Of a stretch of 64,000 nt of DNA, positions 63,960-64,000 are shown in pieces (the first letter of the stretch is position 1; every line of letters begins with the position of its first letter). Source of the stretch: Pirellulales bacterium. Its GTDB lineage: Bacteria; Planctomycetota; Planctomycetia; Pirellulales; Thermoguttaceae. Below the pieces are notes generated by a model. That model worked only from the letters and a program-made list of their open reading frames with translations. It was not told the DNA's origin and did no database searches. The DNA is taken from NCBI GenBank assembly GCA_963845975.1, contig CAWJUD010000002.1:781646-845645 (forward strand). The letters are read 5' to 3'. The translations under genes were made by a program, and so were the position numbers.

Positions 63960-64000
63960 AACGCAGGGCAAGCGCTGGGGTGGCAAGACAGGCCGATTCA

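Overview
The window is GC-rich (roughly 58-60%) bacterial chromosome with Planctomycete-like gene content, interrupted by several lower-GC accessory segments. The left 28 kb is mostly housekeeping or core-like genes.

**Core-like genes (1-28 kb).** These include an RluD-like pseudouridine synthase (partial), a GNAT acetyltransferase, a PhzF-like protein, TrmO, a frameshifted UvrD/PcrA helicase, an SbcD/YhaO-like phosphoesterase with a YhaN/SbcC-like ATPase, a SAM-dependent methyltransferase, a large PAS/GAF histidine kinase, a thioredoxin/NHL-repeat protein, EF-G, and pyrF. Embedded in this stretch are a low-GC foreign ORF with a HEPN-like motif (687-1835), a RelE/XRE plus HicB toxin-antitoxin cluster, and a family of MITE-like palindromic repeats.

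**tRNA-Pro region (28.4-37.7 kb).** tRNA-Pro(GGG) at 28387-28461 is followed by two degenerate direct repeats of its 3' end, which look like relics of successive island integrations. Downstream genes encode a PEP-CTERM protein, a flotillin-like protein, a GT2-TPR membrane glycosyltransferase and a FAD-dependent oxidoreductase.

**Candidate biosynthetic cluster (38.2-52.4 kb).** This is the most striking region and looks like a RiPP (ribosomally synthesized, post-translationally modified peptide) locus that, to my knowledge, has not been characterised. It contains:
- three tandem small precursor-like peptide genes with a conserved leader and a hypervariable core ending in a Tyr-Thr-Ser tail;
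- two radical SAM/SPASM maturases, one of them fused to an N-terminal PqqD-like recognition domain and a C-terminal HPr-kinase-like domain;
- a B12-binding radical SAM enzyme;
- a stand-alone HprK-related kinase and several PqqD-family proteins;
- two S24/S26-like peptidases, one of which overlaps a precursor gene with an ATGA start/stop;
- an ABC exporter and an uncharacterised-family nucleotidyltransferase.

No lasso cyclase or transglutaminase-like protease is present.

**tRNA-Ser island (53.6-64 kb).** tRNA-Ser(UGA) is followed by a low-GC integrative element carrying a tyrosine integrase, a primase-polymerase/helicase, excisionase-like HTH proteins, integrase remnants and a serine recombinase.

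**Sequence quality.** At least eight genes carry frameshifts (three in uvrD alone), at least one at a homopolymer, so indel sequencing errors are more likely than pseudogenisation.
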